64,000 nt of DNA, from assembly GCA_964593885.1 (NCBI GenBank), contig CAZQKK010000002.1, positions 157,204 through 221,203 on the forward strand, given 5' to 3'. The notes under the pieces are model-generated. The model worked only from the letters and a program-made list of their open reading frames with translations, was not told the origin of the DNA and did no database searches. Position numbers and translations under genes: made by a program. This DNA comes from an uncultured Candidatus Saccharibacteria bacterium (GTDB lineage Bacteria; Patescibacteriota; UBA1384; CAILIB01). Shown here one piece after another: positions 27,952 through 37,416 of this stretch. The first letter of the stretch is position 1. Each line of letters begins with the position of its first letter.

Positions 27952-30717
27952 ATGCCAGAGTTCACTTTCACCCCATCGCAGCAGGAGGCAATTGACCACC
28001 TGACAGGTCCTCGCTTGGTGCTTGCTGGCGCTGGAACGGGAAAGACGCGAGTAATCACTGAGAGAATCGCCAAGCTCATCCTCAAGGATGGCATCGCCCC
28101 ATCCAGCATTCTTGCCCTGACCTTCACCGAGAAGGCAGCAACCGAGATGGAGGAGAGGCTAGACGAGATCCTCCCGTACGGGATGTTTGGCACCACCATC
28201 GCCACCTTCCACGGCTTCTGCCAAGATCTCGTTAAGCGTCACCCATACAAGGTAGGTATTGAACCTACAGCTCAGCTTGCCACACCGGCAGAGGTGGTGA
28301 GTCTCGCAAGGCGCGAATTTAAACGCTTCACGCTCAACCACTACAAACCAGCAAATAATCCGGTGAGCTTCCTGAGCGACCTCCTTGATTTCAGTAATCG
28401 AGCCAAAGAAGAGGGAATCACCCCTGAAAAGTTGCTTGAAGTTGCGGCAATCCGCCTTCGAGAGGCCACCACTGAAGCCGAGATTGAGTCCGCCGAACAG
28501 TCTCAGGAGCTTGCACACGCCACTGCTGTCCTCAACCAAATCCTCGCTGAAGCAAACCTGCTCACCTATGGTGACCTCATTTCACACTCGCTCACTATCC
28601 TCACCAACTCAGCTAGTGCGAGGAAAGAAGAGCAGGACAGGTACCAGTACATCTTGGTAGATGAGTTTCAGGACACCAACACCTCTCAGGCAGAAATTAC
28701 CTACCTCATAGCAGGCGAGAAGGCCAATATTTTTGTTGTGGGCGATGACGACCAAGCCATCTACCGATTCCGCGGTGCAAACATAGAGAACATCCTCCAG
28801 TTTAGAAAACGCTATCCAAACGCTCCCATCACCGTTCTCACCGAAAACTTCAGGTCTACCCAGCCCATCCTCGATGCTGCCTACCGCCTCATCCAGCACA
28901 ATAACCCGCACCGGCTAGAAGCTATCGAGAAGGTTAACAAAAAGCTTACCTCGTTCGCAGGTGAGGGGAATCCCGTAGAACACCTCCACTTCACCACAGG
29001 CTTGCACGAGGTTGCCGGTGTTGCTGATAGGGTAGAAGCACTCATAGTAGGTGGAGTTCAGCCAAATAGCATCGCCCTCTTAGCCCGAGGACATAACTCA
29101 CTGACGTCATTTGAACAGGAGCTCAATGCGCGAGGTATCGCCACGGTGAGATCTAAGAGCACCAGCTTCTACCAACAGCCAGCGGTTGAACGGGTACTCT
29201 CGTTCCTGAGGTTTCTCCAAGATCCCCACCAGAGTACCAACCTATTCTTCCTCCTGAGCGAAATGCCTTTCGACGTTCCACTCAGCGAGTTGCGAGAGTA
29301 CAATGTCTCAGCCCGCAAGCTCCACCAGTCACTCTGGGAAATTATCCTCCTCGCTGAACCCAAAGGCCCCGAGCTCGAGAAAGCTGTGGCGTACCTCTCC
29401 GAAAAACTACTCAACACTGACCAACGAAAGGCTTCTGAGGCAATTAGGTCCCACGTCAAAGATTCGCTCATCGAGAACATTCTCGTTACCAACGAGAACA
29501 CTACCTCACTCAACCAGCTCAACACCCTCTACCACGAGGCAAAGAGCTTTGAGCAGCTCCATCGCCCCGCCATCCTCAACCAGTACCTCAGCCACGTTGA
29601 AGGCCTCCTTGCCAGTGGCGAAGACCTCAGGCAGGAACAGGTTGAGGAAGCTCCAGAGACCGCCGTGCAACTCATGACCATCCACGCTAGTAAGGGCTTG
29701 GAGTTTGAGACCGTCTTTGTGGTGAACATGGTGATGGACAGGTTCCCAATGCGTAACCAAGGTGGGGGACTGCCACTCCCAGAAGAGCTGGTAGAGAACC
29801 CCAAGGACCAGGTGCCCTATGAAGAGGAGCGAAGACTTGCCTATGTTGCACTTACCCGCGCCAAAAGTCAGCTCTACCTCACCAGTGCCTCCCAGTACCC
29901 AGGCAACAAACGTTCAAAGAAACCTTCGCTCTTCCTAGTTGAGGCAATGGGGATCGAACAGCCCACCCCAATTGAGCAAGAGCTGAGGTTGGTGAGTAAG
30001 GAAACCCCCGCCGATGCTCCAACAGCTAAGTTTCCGGTACCCACAGTCTTTACCGCATCAGCCCTAGAGGCTTTCGAAGAAAATCCTCGTACATACCTTA
30101 AAGAACATGTGTTCAGGCTTAGTGACGACAAGTACCTCGCCGAAGCATCCTTTGGAACCTGTATCCACGAGGTGCTCCACACCGCTTTCGCCTCAAAAAA
30201 AGCAGGTGAGAACTTCAACCTTACAGAAACGTTTAAAAAGTTCTGGAACCCAGAGGGTTACGAAGACGCTGAGACCGTTGAAAAATGGTACTCAAATGGT
30301 CTCGCATCACTTGAGAACTACCTTGAGACCCATACTGACGCTCACCCCGAGCTCCTTGAAGTTAGCGTGCAACTCACGCTCCCGGGTGGGAAAAAGGTGG
30401 TTGGAAAGGTTGATCGAATTGACCTGAATCCGGATGGCAGCTTCAGTATCGTGGACTACAAGACAGGGAAAAAAGATGCGAAACCTTCGGATGTGAAGAA
30501 AAACTTTCCAGTTGCACTCTACGCCGCTGCCCTTCGCCAGCAGGGGAAGCATGTCTCGAGCGCTAGCCTCCACTACATCATGACCGGAGCTGAACCAAGT
30601 ATTGCCGTTACCCCAGCCTTCCTAGACGAAGCGGTGGCGAAGGCAGACCAGATTGTAGCCGACATCATTGAGGCTCACACGACAGGGGTTTTCCCTGACA
30701 CCGGCAAGTACCGCTAA
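27952..30717 (+). CDS. UvrD/PcrA-type SF1 helicase fused to C-terminal PD-(D/E)XK (RecB/Cas4-like) nuclease domain
   Basis: 921 aa. Walker A AGAGTGKTRVITERIA. Helicase motifs DEFQDTN, VGDDDQAIYRFRGA, TIHASKGLEFETVFV, VALTRAK. C-terminal GKVDRIDLNPDGSFSIVDYKTGKK nuclease motif. Confidence 0.85.
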   Translation: MPEFTFTPSQQEAIDHLTGPRLVLAGAGTGKTRVITERIAKLILKDGIAPSSILALTFTEKAATEMEERLDEILPYGMFGTTIATFHGFCQDLVKRHPYKVGIEPTAQLATPAEVVSLARREFKRFTLNHYKPANNPVSFLSDLLDFSNRAKEEGITPEKLLEVAAIRLREATTEAEIESAEQSQELAHATAVLNQILAEANLLTYGDLISHSLTILTNSASARKEEQDRYQYILVDEFQDTNTSQAEITYLIAGEKANIFVVGDDDQAIYRFRGANIENILQFRKRYPNAPITVLTENFRSTQPILDAAYRLIQHNNPHRLEAIEKVNKKLTSFAGEGNPVEHLHFTTGLHEVAGVADRVEALIVGGVQPNSIALLARGHNSLTSFEQELNARGIATVRSKSTSFYQQPAVERVLSFLRFLQDPHQSTNLFFLLSEMPFDVPLSELREYNVSARKLHQSLWEIILLAEPKGPELEKAVAYLSEKLLNTDQRKASEAIRSHVKDSLIENILVTNENTTSLNQLNTLYHEAKSFEQLHRPAILNQYLSHVEGLLASGEDLRQEQVEEAPETAVQLMTIHASKGLEFETVFVVNMVMDRFPMRNQGGGLPLPEELVENPKDQVPYEEERRLAYVALTRAKSQLYLTSASQYPGNKRSKKPSLFLVEAMGIEQPTPIEQELRLVSKETPADAPTAKFPVPTVFTASALEAFEENPRTYLKEHVFRLSDDKYLAEASFGTCIHEVLHTAFASKKAGENFNLTETFKKFWNPEGYEDAETVEKWYSNGLASLENYLETHTDAHPELLEVSVQLTLPGGKKVVGKVDRIDLNPDGSFSIVDYKTGKKDAKPSDVKKNFPVALYAAALRQQGKHVSSASLHYIMTGAEPSIAVTPAFLDEAVAKADQIVADIIEAHTTGVFPDTGKYR

Positions 30718-30756
30718 GAGTTGCAATGTTCGTATTTTGTTTGGTACAGTAGCTGC

Positions 30757-31818
30757 ATGGACACCATCACCATTATCCTTGCACTCTTCCTTGCCATCAC
30801 CATTGGCTTGCTGGTAGCCGTTATCCTCAGGAAGCCAGCTCCAGCAGAGCCCTCACAGGACATTCTTCCTGCTCTCCAACAGATTCAGCAGCAGACAGTC
30901 CAAACCCTCCTCCAGCAACTCAATGCCCAACAGCAGAGCCAGGACAATAACTCAGGTCAGCTCCAAAACCGCATGGCAGAGACAAGTAAGGCGGTGTACA
31001 CCCTCCAAACTAAACTCGCCCAGCTAGAAGAGGGGAACAAACGCATCCTGGATATGAGCAAGGGCATCACCGAGCTCCAAGACATCCTCCAGGCACCAAA
31101 ACTCAGGGGAAACCAGGGCGAAGTCTGGCTTGAAAACCTCCTCGCCCAAATGCTTCCACGCCAGCACTTCCAGATGCAGTACCGCTTCAAGAGTGGTGAG
31201 ATTTGCGATGCCATCATCAAAATGCCTGATGGACACCTGGTACCACTAGACTCTAAGTTTTCCCTTGAGAACTTCAGGAAAATGCTTGCCGCAGACCAGC
31301 CTGAAGAGCAAAAAATGCACGAGAAAACTTTCGTCTCAGATGTAAAAAGGCGCATTGATGAAATCTCAAAGAAGTACATCCTCCCAGATGAAGGCACCCT
31401 TGGCTTTGCCTTCATGTACGTCCCAGCTGAGAACGTCTACTACCAGGCTTTTGTAGAGGACAGGGGAGGCTACAACCTCCAGAGGTACGCCTTTGATAAG
31501 CACGTCATTCCCGTTTCACCCAACTCACTCTACCCGTACCTAGAAATTGTCCTCTTTGGCCTCAAAGGCCTCCAAATTGAGCAAGGAGCCAAAGACATCC
31601 AGCAGGGCCTTGCAGGGGTGCTCTCAGACCTCAAGCGTTTTGAGGAAGCGTACCAGAAGGTTGGGAACAACATTAGGTTTGCACAGCAAAACTTTGACGT
31701 TGCTGATAAGAAACTCTTCTCAGTCCAAAATAAGCTCAGTAACCTTACAGCTGCAGAACTCGCTCCCGGCGAGGTTATTTCGCTCCAGATTCCAACAGGA
31801 GAGATTGATGGAAACTAG
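30757..31818 (+). CDS. rmuC: DNA recombination protein RmuC
   Basis: N-terminal TM, Q-rich coiled coil, then FAFMYVPAENVYYQAF core typical of RmuC. ATG 30757 preferred over TTG 30721. Confidence 0.7.
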   Translation: MDTITIILALFLAITIGLLVAVILRKPAPAEPSQDILPALQQIQQQTVQTLLQQLNAQQQSQDNNSGQLQNRMAETSKAVYTLQTKLAQLEEGNKRILDMSKGITELQDILQAPKLRGNQGEVWLENLLAQMLPRQHFQMQYRFKSGEICDAIIKMPDGHLVPLDSKFSLENFRKMLAADQPEEQKMHEKTFVSDVKRRIDEISKKYILPDEGTLGFAFMYVPAENVYYQAFVEDRGGYNLQRYAFDKHVIPVSPNSLYPYLEIVLFGLKGLQIEQGAKDIQQGLAGVLSDLKRFEEAYQKVGNNIRFAQQNFDVADKKLFSVQNKLSNLTAAELAPGEVISLQIPTGEIDGN

Positions 31819-32764
31819 GAAGGTAACCCCAGAAACAGCTGGTCAGCGCCTCGATGTGTTTCTTGCCGCCGAGTTTCAGGACTTTTCACGTAGCAAGATC
31901 CAGAAAGCCATTGAGAGTACCGGGGTTGTGGTTAATGAGAGTCTCATCCACCTCGCTAAGTACATCATCCAGGAAGGCGACACCGTCAACTTTGAGCTCC
32001 CGGTTACCCACGCCCTCCAGCCCACAGACGTTGATTTCACCACCATCTTTGAGGACGATGACATCTTGGTCATCAACAAACCGGTTGGATTGATAGTCCA
32101 CCCAACCACTCCAGAGGGACCGGTAACCCTGGTGCACGCCCTCCTCAAGCGCTACCCCGCAATCACCGAGGCCATCTACGACGAAGCAAGTGAGATCTCA
32201 CACCTTCGCCCAGGCATCGTGCACCGCCTTGATAAAGACACGAGTGGAGTCCTGGTGGTAGCCAAGAACAAAGCATCGCTCCTAGAGCTCTCCCGTCAGT
32301 TCCACAACCACGAGACCCAGAAGCAGTACCAAGTGGTGCTGTATGGAAACCTCACTGAGCCAAAACAGGTTGATGCTCCCATCCACAGGAAGGGAGGTGG
32401 CAGGAAGAACGTCATGGGAGCCAGTCACACCAGGGGAGAGGGGAGAGAGGCCGAAACCCTCTTCACCCCGCAGCACGTCTCAACACCCTACCCTAAGTGG
32501 CCAGATGTGAAAGTGACACTCTGCAATGCCAAAATCACCACTGGGCGAACCCACCAGATTAGAGTTCACGCAAAGTTCATAGGCTTTCCAGTTCTTGGCG
32601 ATACCCTCTATACCAACAAGCCAGCTCTCAAGCTTACCACCAAACTTGAGGTGTCACGCCAGCTCCTCCACGCAGGAGAGCTCACCATCTCCCACCCAGT
32701 GAGCGGAGAGAGGATGACTTTCAAGGCAGACCTCCCTGTAGACATGCAACCGTATGCCGGCTAG
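31808..32764 (+). CDS. rluD: RluA-family pseudouridine synthase (RluD-like, with S4 domain)
   Basis: METRKVTPETAGQRLDVFLA S4 region. DILVINKPVGLIVHP. HRLDKDTSGVLVVAKN catalytic Asp. Table ORF 31547 extends spuriously into rmuC. Confidence 0.85.
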   Translation: METRKVTPETAGQRLDVFLAAEFQDFSRSKIQKAIESTGVVVNESLIHLAKYIIQEGDTVNFELPVTHALQPTDVDFTTIFEDDDILVINKPVGLIVHPTTPEGPVTLVHALLKRYPAITEAIYDEASEISHLRPGIVHRLDKDTSGVLVVAKNKASLLELSRQFHNHETQKQYQVVLYGNLTEPKQVDAPIHRKGGGRKNVMGASHTRGEGREAETLFTPQHVSTPYPKWPDVKVTLCNAKITTGRTHQIRVHAKFIGFPVLGDTLYTNKPALKLTTKLEVSRQLLHAGELTISHPVSGERMTFKADLPVDMQPYAG

Positions 32765-33464
32765 TTACACCGCAGCTGACGTAGAGAAAGAGTTACGGCG
32801 ACACATAAAGATTGAGCGTGCCATCCATTCGCCCCGCTTCTTTAAAGCAGGACCAGGGGAGTACGCAGAAGGGGACCAGTTCCTCGGTGTTCCTGTTCCA
32901 CACCAGAGAGCTGCAGCAAAGCGCTTCGCAGATCTTCCGCTACCAGAGGTAGAAGCACTCTTGCACAGCCCCCTCCACGAGTGCAGGCTTACCGCACTCT
33001 TCATCATGGTCTCCAGGATGAAGCGCCCTGATGAACAGATGAGAATCTTGAAACTCTACCTTGCTAACCTTGACTACGTGAACAACTGGGATCTCGTAGA
33101 CAGCAGCGCCCCGTACATCCTTGGCACGTGGCTCAAAGACCGAAACCGCAAGCTCCTCTACAACTTCGCCTCAAGCAACCACCTCTGGAAGCAACGCGTT
33201 GCCATGGTTACCACCCTCGCCTGGATACGGGGAGGTGATATGGACGATGCATTCAACCTTGCCGAAGGCTTCCTCAGCCATCCCCACGATCTCATCCACA
33301 AGGCAAGTGGCTGGGTACTCCGAGAGTGCTGGAAGCAAGATCCTGCCAGAGTTCGTCTGTTCCTAGATACCCACGTGGCTAAGATGCCACGCACCATGCT
33401 CAGGTACACCATTGAGCTCATGGATACACCTGAGAGGAAGCGCTACTTGGCCTCCCCTCATTGA
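32754..33464 (+). CDS. DNA alkylation repair enzyme (AlkC/AlkD HEAT-like repeat glycosylase family)
   Basis: 236 aa helical-repeat protein with WKQRVAMVTTLAW...HKASGWVLRE pattern typical of the family. Confidence 0.6.
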   Translation: MPASYTAADVEKELRRHIKIERAIHSPRFFKAGPGEYAEGDQFLGVPVPHQRAAAKRFADLPLPEVEALLHSPLHECRLTALFIMVSRMKRPDEQMRILKLYLANLDYVNNWDLVDSSAPYILGTWLKDRNRKLLYNFASSNHLWKQRVAMVTTLAWIRGGDMDDAFNLAEGFLSHPHDLIHKASGWVLRECWKQDPARVRLFLDTHVAKMPRTMLRYTIELMDTPERKRYLASPH

Positions 33465-33489
33465 AAAACGTACTGCAACCTGGTAAGAT
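33461..33489 (+). promoter_or_regulatory. candidate promoter TTGAAA-N17-(TGG)TAAGAT
   Basis: ttgaaa 33461-33466, 17-nt spacer, extended -10 tggtaagat 33481-33489. RBS gggaagga before ATG 33525. Confidence 0.4.
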
Positions 33490-33524
33490 CCTCTGGTATC
33501 CGATTCAGTCGGATAGGGAAGGAC

Positions 33525-34217
33525 ATGGCATCTATTGCCGCATCTCAAATCACATCGAAGCTCCATCGGCTAACCAAGCCTTTCACCACGTTCTGGAAAC
33601 GTCTGGGTGAGCCACCCCAAAGGAGTTGGGCTCACCAGCTCGTCGAAAGGGCAGCTCGTGAACAGATCCGCATCTCACCTGGGCACTGTCTCCTCTTCTG
33701 CCGGAATGCTCCGAGAGAGGTTGCAGTCCTTGTTTCGCAAAGTGGCTACGCGCATCTGAGCGTTGTAGACGTTTCAGTGATGGGTGACTACGGAACTGAT
33801 CAGGAACACCATCCGGTGATCTACCAGTACGAGAGCAGCTTGCACCTCTCCCCAACTTCAGTGAGCTGGGAATATCCCTGCCTCAAACTTGAGTTTGGTG
33901 AGGTAGTCATCAACCACTACCTCTGCGAGCCAAGCGAACTCGTGCTCTCAGAAGCACCAAGTCTCGTGCTCATCTGGGATATTGACCCCACCAAGGTCAA
34001 CCACTCTCAGGGATGGGTAGCTGCTCTTGATACGGGGACGACCATCCTCTGCTCAGACCTCTACCCTCTGCTGCATCCAGATGAACCTCACAAGCTTGGT
34101 CAAAACATGCACGGGGGGAGTGCCTCCCGCTACAGGGCGCAGGAGCTGTTCTACGGGCCTTCGGGCCTCACCATCCACGAGACACATTCATTGCTGGGTT
34201 ACCTCACAAGGAACTAG
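33525..34217 (+). CDS. hypothetical protein
   Basis: 230-aa ORF with good promoter/RBS context. No recognisable motif. Confidence 0.35.
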   Translation: MASIAASQITSKLHRLTKPFTTFWKRLGEPPQRSWAHQLVERAAREQIRISPGHCLLFCRNAPREVAVLVSQSGYAHLSVVDVSVMGDYGTDQEHHPVIYQYESSLHLSPTSVSWEYPCLKLEFGEVVINHYLCEPSELVLSEAPSLVLIWDIDPTKVNHSQGWVAALDTGTTILCSDLYPLLHPDEPHKLGQNMHGGSASRYRAQELFYGPSGLTIHETHSLLGYLTRN

Positions 34218-34254
34218 CAAATCTCAACGAGCATCATCTGATGCTCTTTTTTGA

Positions 34255-34290
34255 ACCACAAAAAAACCACCCTAGGTTGAGGGTGGTGGG
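34255..34290. terminator. candidate bidirectional terminator overlapping the 3' end of the minus-strand gene
   Basis: aaaaaaaccaccctaggttgagggtggtgggg: stem ccaccc/gggtgg flanked by A-run (T-run on minus). Confidence 0.45.
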
Positions 34291-35606
34291 GAAGTTCCGA
34301 AGAGCTCTGCTGAAGATGTGCCCAAGCACTCAGCAAGTGCGTCCATAGCAGCTATCCAGGTGCCAACCGAGGCTAGAAAGCCCGCAGTTGACTCATAGAC
34401 CTTCACCCCAAGAATGCGGTGAATTGCCGGTTTTGCCGTGGTATCAGTGACAACCTCATGGAAGTCGCCGTTGCGATCGTGCACCTTCGCTATGTTCATG
34501 ACGAGAGCTAGGGTTTCTCTCACCGAATCCTCGCTGGCAAAATCCATTACCTGGATTCTGCCTAGCAGCTCCACGTGGTTAAGCCACGGGTAGACGTGTG
34601 AGTTGGCAAACTTGGTGAAGCCAAACACCCGAAACCAGAACCTGTACTGGTACCATGAGTACCCCCGGTCAAAGTTACGGAGCATGCCGCTGCGAGTGCG
34701 AAGGCGCTCAAGAGAGGTGAGCATTCTCAGCTTTTCCTCCCTTCCTTCACTGAAGATAACGTGAAGAACGCTTGAGGCAGCATCCATCCGCTCATCATCT
34801 GTTGCAGCCCGCAGGTACCCGTCTGGGTGCATGAGGTTGGTTTTGATTGCACGATAGAGCACCTTAGCCTTGTGGCGATATGCGGAAGCCTGCTCACGGT
34901 GGAAGTCAGTGGTGAAACCATCACAAACTTGCCGAACAGCTCGCTGGTGAAACCTTCCAAGCACTTTGTACGCTCGCCACCAGAGGAGGTTGGTAAACGT
35001 CCGGTGACCCGAAACGCTCACATCATCCATCCAGTCACTTACGTGTGGCAGCTTGAAGAGGCGGAAAGAAGGATCGTAGAAACGTTCTTCGTCGTGGGCA
35101 ACCGCATGATCTAGCTGTGCGAGTACTCGCACATCTTCATCGGTTAGGTTGATGTGAAACTTCCTACTCTGGGCGTAGGTTACTACCAGAATAGGTACCG
35201 TATCGCACACCGCCGAAGCGTAGCGCGAGTTACGGTAGATTGGCTCAGGTTTCTTTCGCTCAATGAGGTTAACCCCAAGGAAACGAGTCCACCTCAACCA
35301 AAACCTCCTCACGTGGTGCACTCGCTCAATCCGGTAGGGGATTTCTCCACTCTTTCGCTGGTGCGAGAGAAAGGTATCGAGCGTTTGCTTCACGTGCATC
35401 GGGTCAGCGCCGAAAGCACCCGCTCCGGCATCGCGTGCCCACAGCTGATCGCTGTAGGTTCCGGTTTCCGAGACGGTTAGTCCCTCGTGGGGGTGGTAAC
35501 ACTCCTCCATCCGAGCGTGAGCCAGGTGGTAGAGCCGAGAAAGAATGGCACGATCAGCTAGGGATATGGTATACCCGCCAGCTTGGGAAGTCTGTGGGTT
35601 GTTCAT
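34272..35606 (-). CDS. putative (alpha/alpha)6-barrel glycoside-hydrolase-like protein (GH63/GH37/GDE_C-like)
   Basis: 444 aa. Weak resemblance only (DQLWARDAG-type acid/aromatic segments). Family assignment not secure. Confidence 0.3.
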   Translation of the reverse strand: MNNPQTSQAGGYTISLADRAILSRLYHLAHARMEECYHPHEGLTVSETGTYSDQLWARDAGAGAFGADPMHVKQTLDTFLSHQRKSGEIPYRIERVHHVRRFWLRWTRFLGVNLIERKKPEPIYRNSRYASAVCDTVPILVVTYAQSRKFHINLTDEDVRVLAQLDHAVAHDEERFYDPSFRLFKLPHVSDWMDDVSVSGHRTFTNLLWWRAYKVLGRFHQRAVRQVCDGFTTDFHREQASAYRHKAKVLYRAIKTNLMHPDGYLRAATDDERMDAASSVLHVIFSEGREEKLRMLTSLERLRTRSGMLRNFDRGYSWYQYRFWFRVFGFTKFANSHVYPWLNHVELLGRIQVMDFASEDSVRETLALVMNIAKVHDRNGDFHEVVTDTTAKPAIHRILGVKVYESTAGFLASVGTWIAAMDALAECLGTSSAELFGTSPPPST

Positions 35607-35700
35607 GTTCTCCTTGTGGGCTCCTCATTTCTACCAGAAATCCTTACAAGAGCCTACAAAAAAACCTCGTATGCTTTCACAGACGAGGTTCCCTTATGGA

Positions 35701-36636
35701 CTAGAGTGCCCGAATGGCAGTTTCCAGGGCTGGAACCATCTGCTTCTTCCTTGAGACAACACCTGGAAGTTCTACTTTCCCGTCCACTACAGCAACACTG
35801 AAAGCTTTCTCAGCAACCATCTTCTCCCAGTCTCCCGCAAGGACGAGGGTTGCATTGCTCTTGGTGATATCAACGATGAAGAAGAAGATTCCCTGGAGGT
35901 TTTCTTCGTCACGCATGGCCTGGGCAGCTGGTAGGAGTGATGACAGCATTCCAAGTGCGTTCTCAGGTTTGGTTGTTTCTAGAACAGAGATCCTAACTTT
36001 CACATCGCCAAACGGGAACACCTTGCTGTCTTGGGTGAGGATATCTCTATCAGAAAGCCCACTGAGATCTGACTTAGCCGCAGACTGCTGTTCTGCCAAC
36101 TCTTGCATATCTACTTCAGCGAGAGCGGCAAGCTCATCAGCTGCAAGCTTATCTGCATCGGTGGTGGTAGGGGAGGTGAAGTTGAGGGTATCCGAGAGAA
36201 TAGCACTCAGCATGAGGCCAGCGATACGCTTGTCAGGCTGGGTAGCGGTTGCCTGCATCCTCTCGTAGATGATGGTTGCCGTACAAGCCACGGGACGCAT
36301 GGTAATGGTGAGCTGATCCTTACTAGAGAGGCCACCAACCAGCTTGTGGTGGTCAACAATCTCGGTGATGGTTGCAGAGGCGATAGAACCAGGAAGCTCT
36401 TCTGGGTTGTTGGTATCCACAAGTACCACTTTTGCATCTGTAGGTACCTCAGTGAGGAGTTCTGGCGCAGGTGTTTCAAAGCGGTTGAGCACAAACTGGG
36501 TCTCTCTATTGAGGCTACCAAGTACCCGGGGTGTAGCTTCTTGACCCTGCTCTGAAAGGAACCAGGCGTAGGCGATGGCTGAACAGGTGGAGTCTGTGTC
36601 TGGGTTGAGGTGTCCAAAGACGAGGGTTGCAGGCAT
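35701..36636 (-). CDS. ppaC: manganese-dependent inorganic pyrophosphatase (family II, DHH)
   Basis: 311 aa. LVFGHLNPDTDSTCSAIAYA and IVDHHKL DHH motifs, DHHA2 C-terminal half. Confidence 0.9.
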   Translation of the reverse strand: MPATLVFGHLNPDTDSTCSAIAYAWFLSEQGQEATPRVLGSLNRETQFVLNRFETPAPELLTEVPTDAKVVLVDTNNPEELPGSIASATITEIVDHHKLVGGLSSKDQLTITMRPVACTATIIYERMQATATQPDKRIAGLMLSAILSDTLNFTSPTTTDADKLAADELAALAEVDMQELAEQQSAAKSDLSGLSDRDILTQDSKVFPFGDVKVRISVLETTKPENALGMLSSLLPAAQAMRDEENLQGIFFFIVDITKSNATLVLAGDWEKMVAEKAFSVAVVDGKVELPGVVSRKKQMVPALETAIRAL

Positions 36637-36760
36637 ACAGGTAGTTACGAGTTACTGGGGCGAAAATACCATGTACAGACTAGCATACCTGGGATTTTTT
36701 GACACCTCGCCTCCAACTGGGTAGGCTGAATATTACAGGAGGGCACCAGATTAGTTGTAT

Positions 36761-37408
36761 ATGCCCACACCAGCTCCTAAAGTTCGCGTTACCATTTCAC
36801 TCGCCAAAGAGACGGCAGATCAGATTGATCAGCTTGTTGATGGGCTGAAAATTAGGAATCGCTCCCACGCCATTGAGACCATCCTCAACGAGGGGCTCCA
36901 GCTCAACCAGGTGAAGCACGCGGTGATCCTGGCTGGGGGAGACCACGCCCAACGCCGAATTCCCGCCATTACCAGTGCCCTCAAGCTCCTTCGATCCGAG
37001 GGAATCTTTAACATCACCATCGCTCTTGGCTACCTGGGCGAAAGCATTAGATCTGAAATCAGGAAAGGGGAGAAGTACGGCGTGAACATCGAGTACATCC
37101 AATCAGAGCTTGGGACAGCCGGTGCCCTCTACGAGCTTCGCAACCGTTTCAAGAGCACCTTCCTGGTAGTCAACCTGGATAAACCAGCCACCCTCAAGCT
37201 CAGCAACCTCCTCAAGTTCCACAGGGAACACCAGCCACTGGCTACCATCGCCACAAAATCGCTCCAAGATCTCAAGGGAATCTACGCCTTTGAACCTGGG
37301 ATTTTCAAGTTTATCCCTGATGGTTTCTCGATGCTCGAGGAAAGTGTGTTCCACGAGCTCACAAAACAGGGTAAGCTATTACCGTACCCAATCTTATCCG
37401 AACCGTAA
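36761..37408 (+). CDS. ribbon-helix-helix (CopG-like) N-terminus fused to a nucleotidyltransferase (sugar-1-P NTP-transferase-like) domain
   Basis: KVRVTISLAKETADQIDQLVD RHH-like. VKHAVILAGGDHAQRRIP resembles the NTP_transferase G-loop but with GDHAQR instead of GxGTRL. GTAGALYEL. ATG 36761 preferred over TTG 36755. Confidence 0.45.
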   Translation: MPTPAPKVRVTISLAKETADQIDQLVDGLKIRNRSHAIETILNEGLQLNQVKHAVILAGGDHAQRRIPAITSALKLLRSEGIFNITIALGYLGESIRSEIRKGEKYGVNIEYIQSELGTAGALYELRNRFKSTFLVVNLDKPATLKLSNLLKFHREHQPLATIATKSLQDLKGIYAFEPGIFKFIPDGFSMLEESVFHELTKQGKLLPYPILSEP

Positions 37409-37416
37409 GAAACCGT

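Noticed and set aside
31547-31807. 5' extension of the rluD ORF (table start 31547)
   Set aside because: It overlaps the rmuC coding frame by about 270 nt. The conserved RluD N-terminus begins at ATG 31808.
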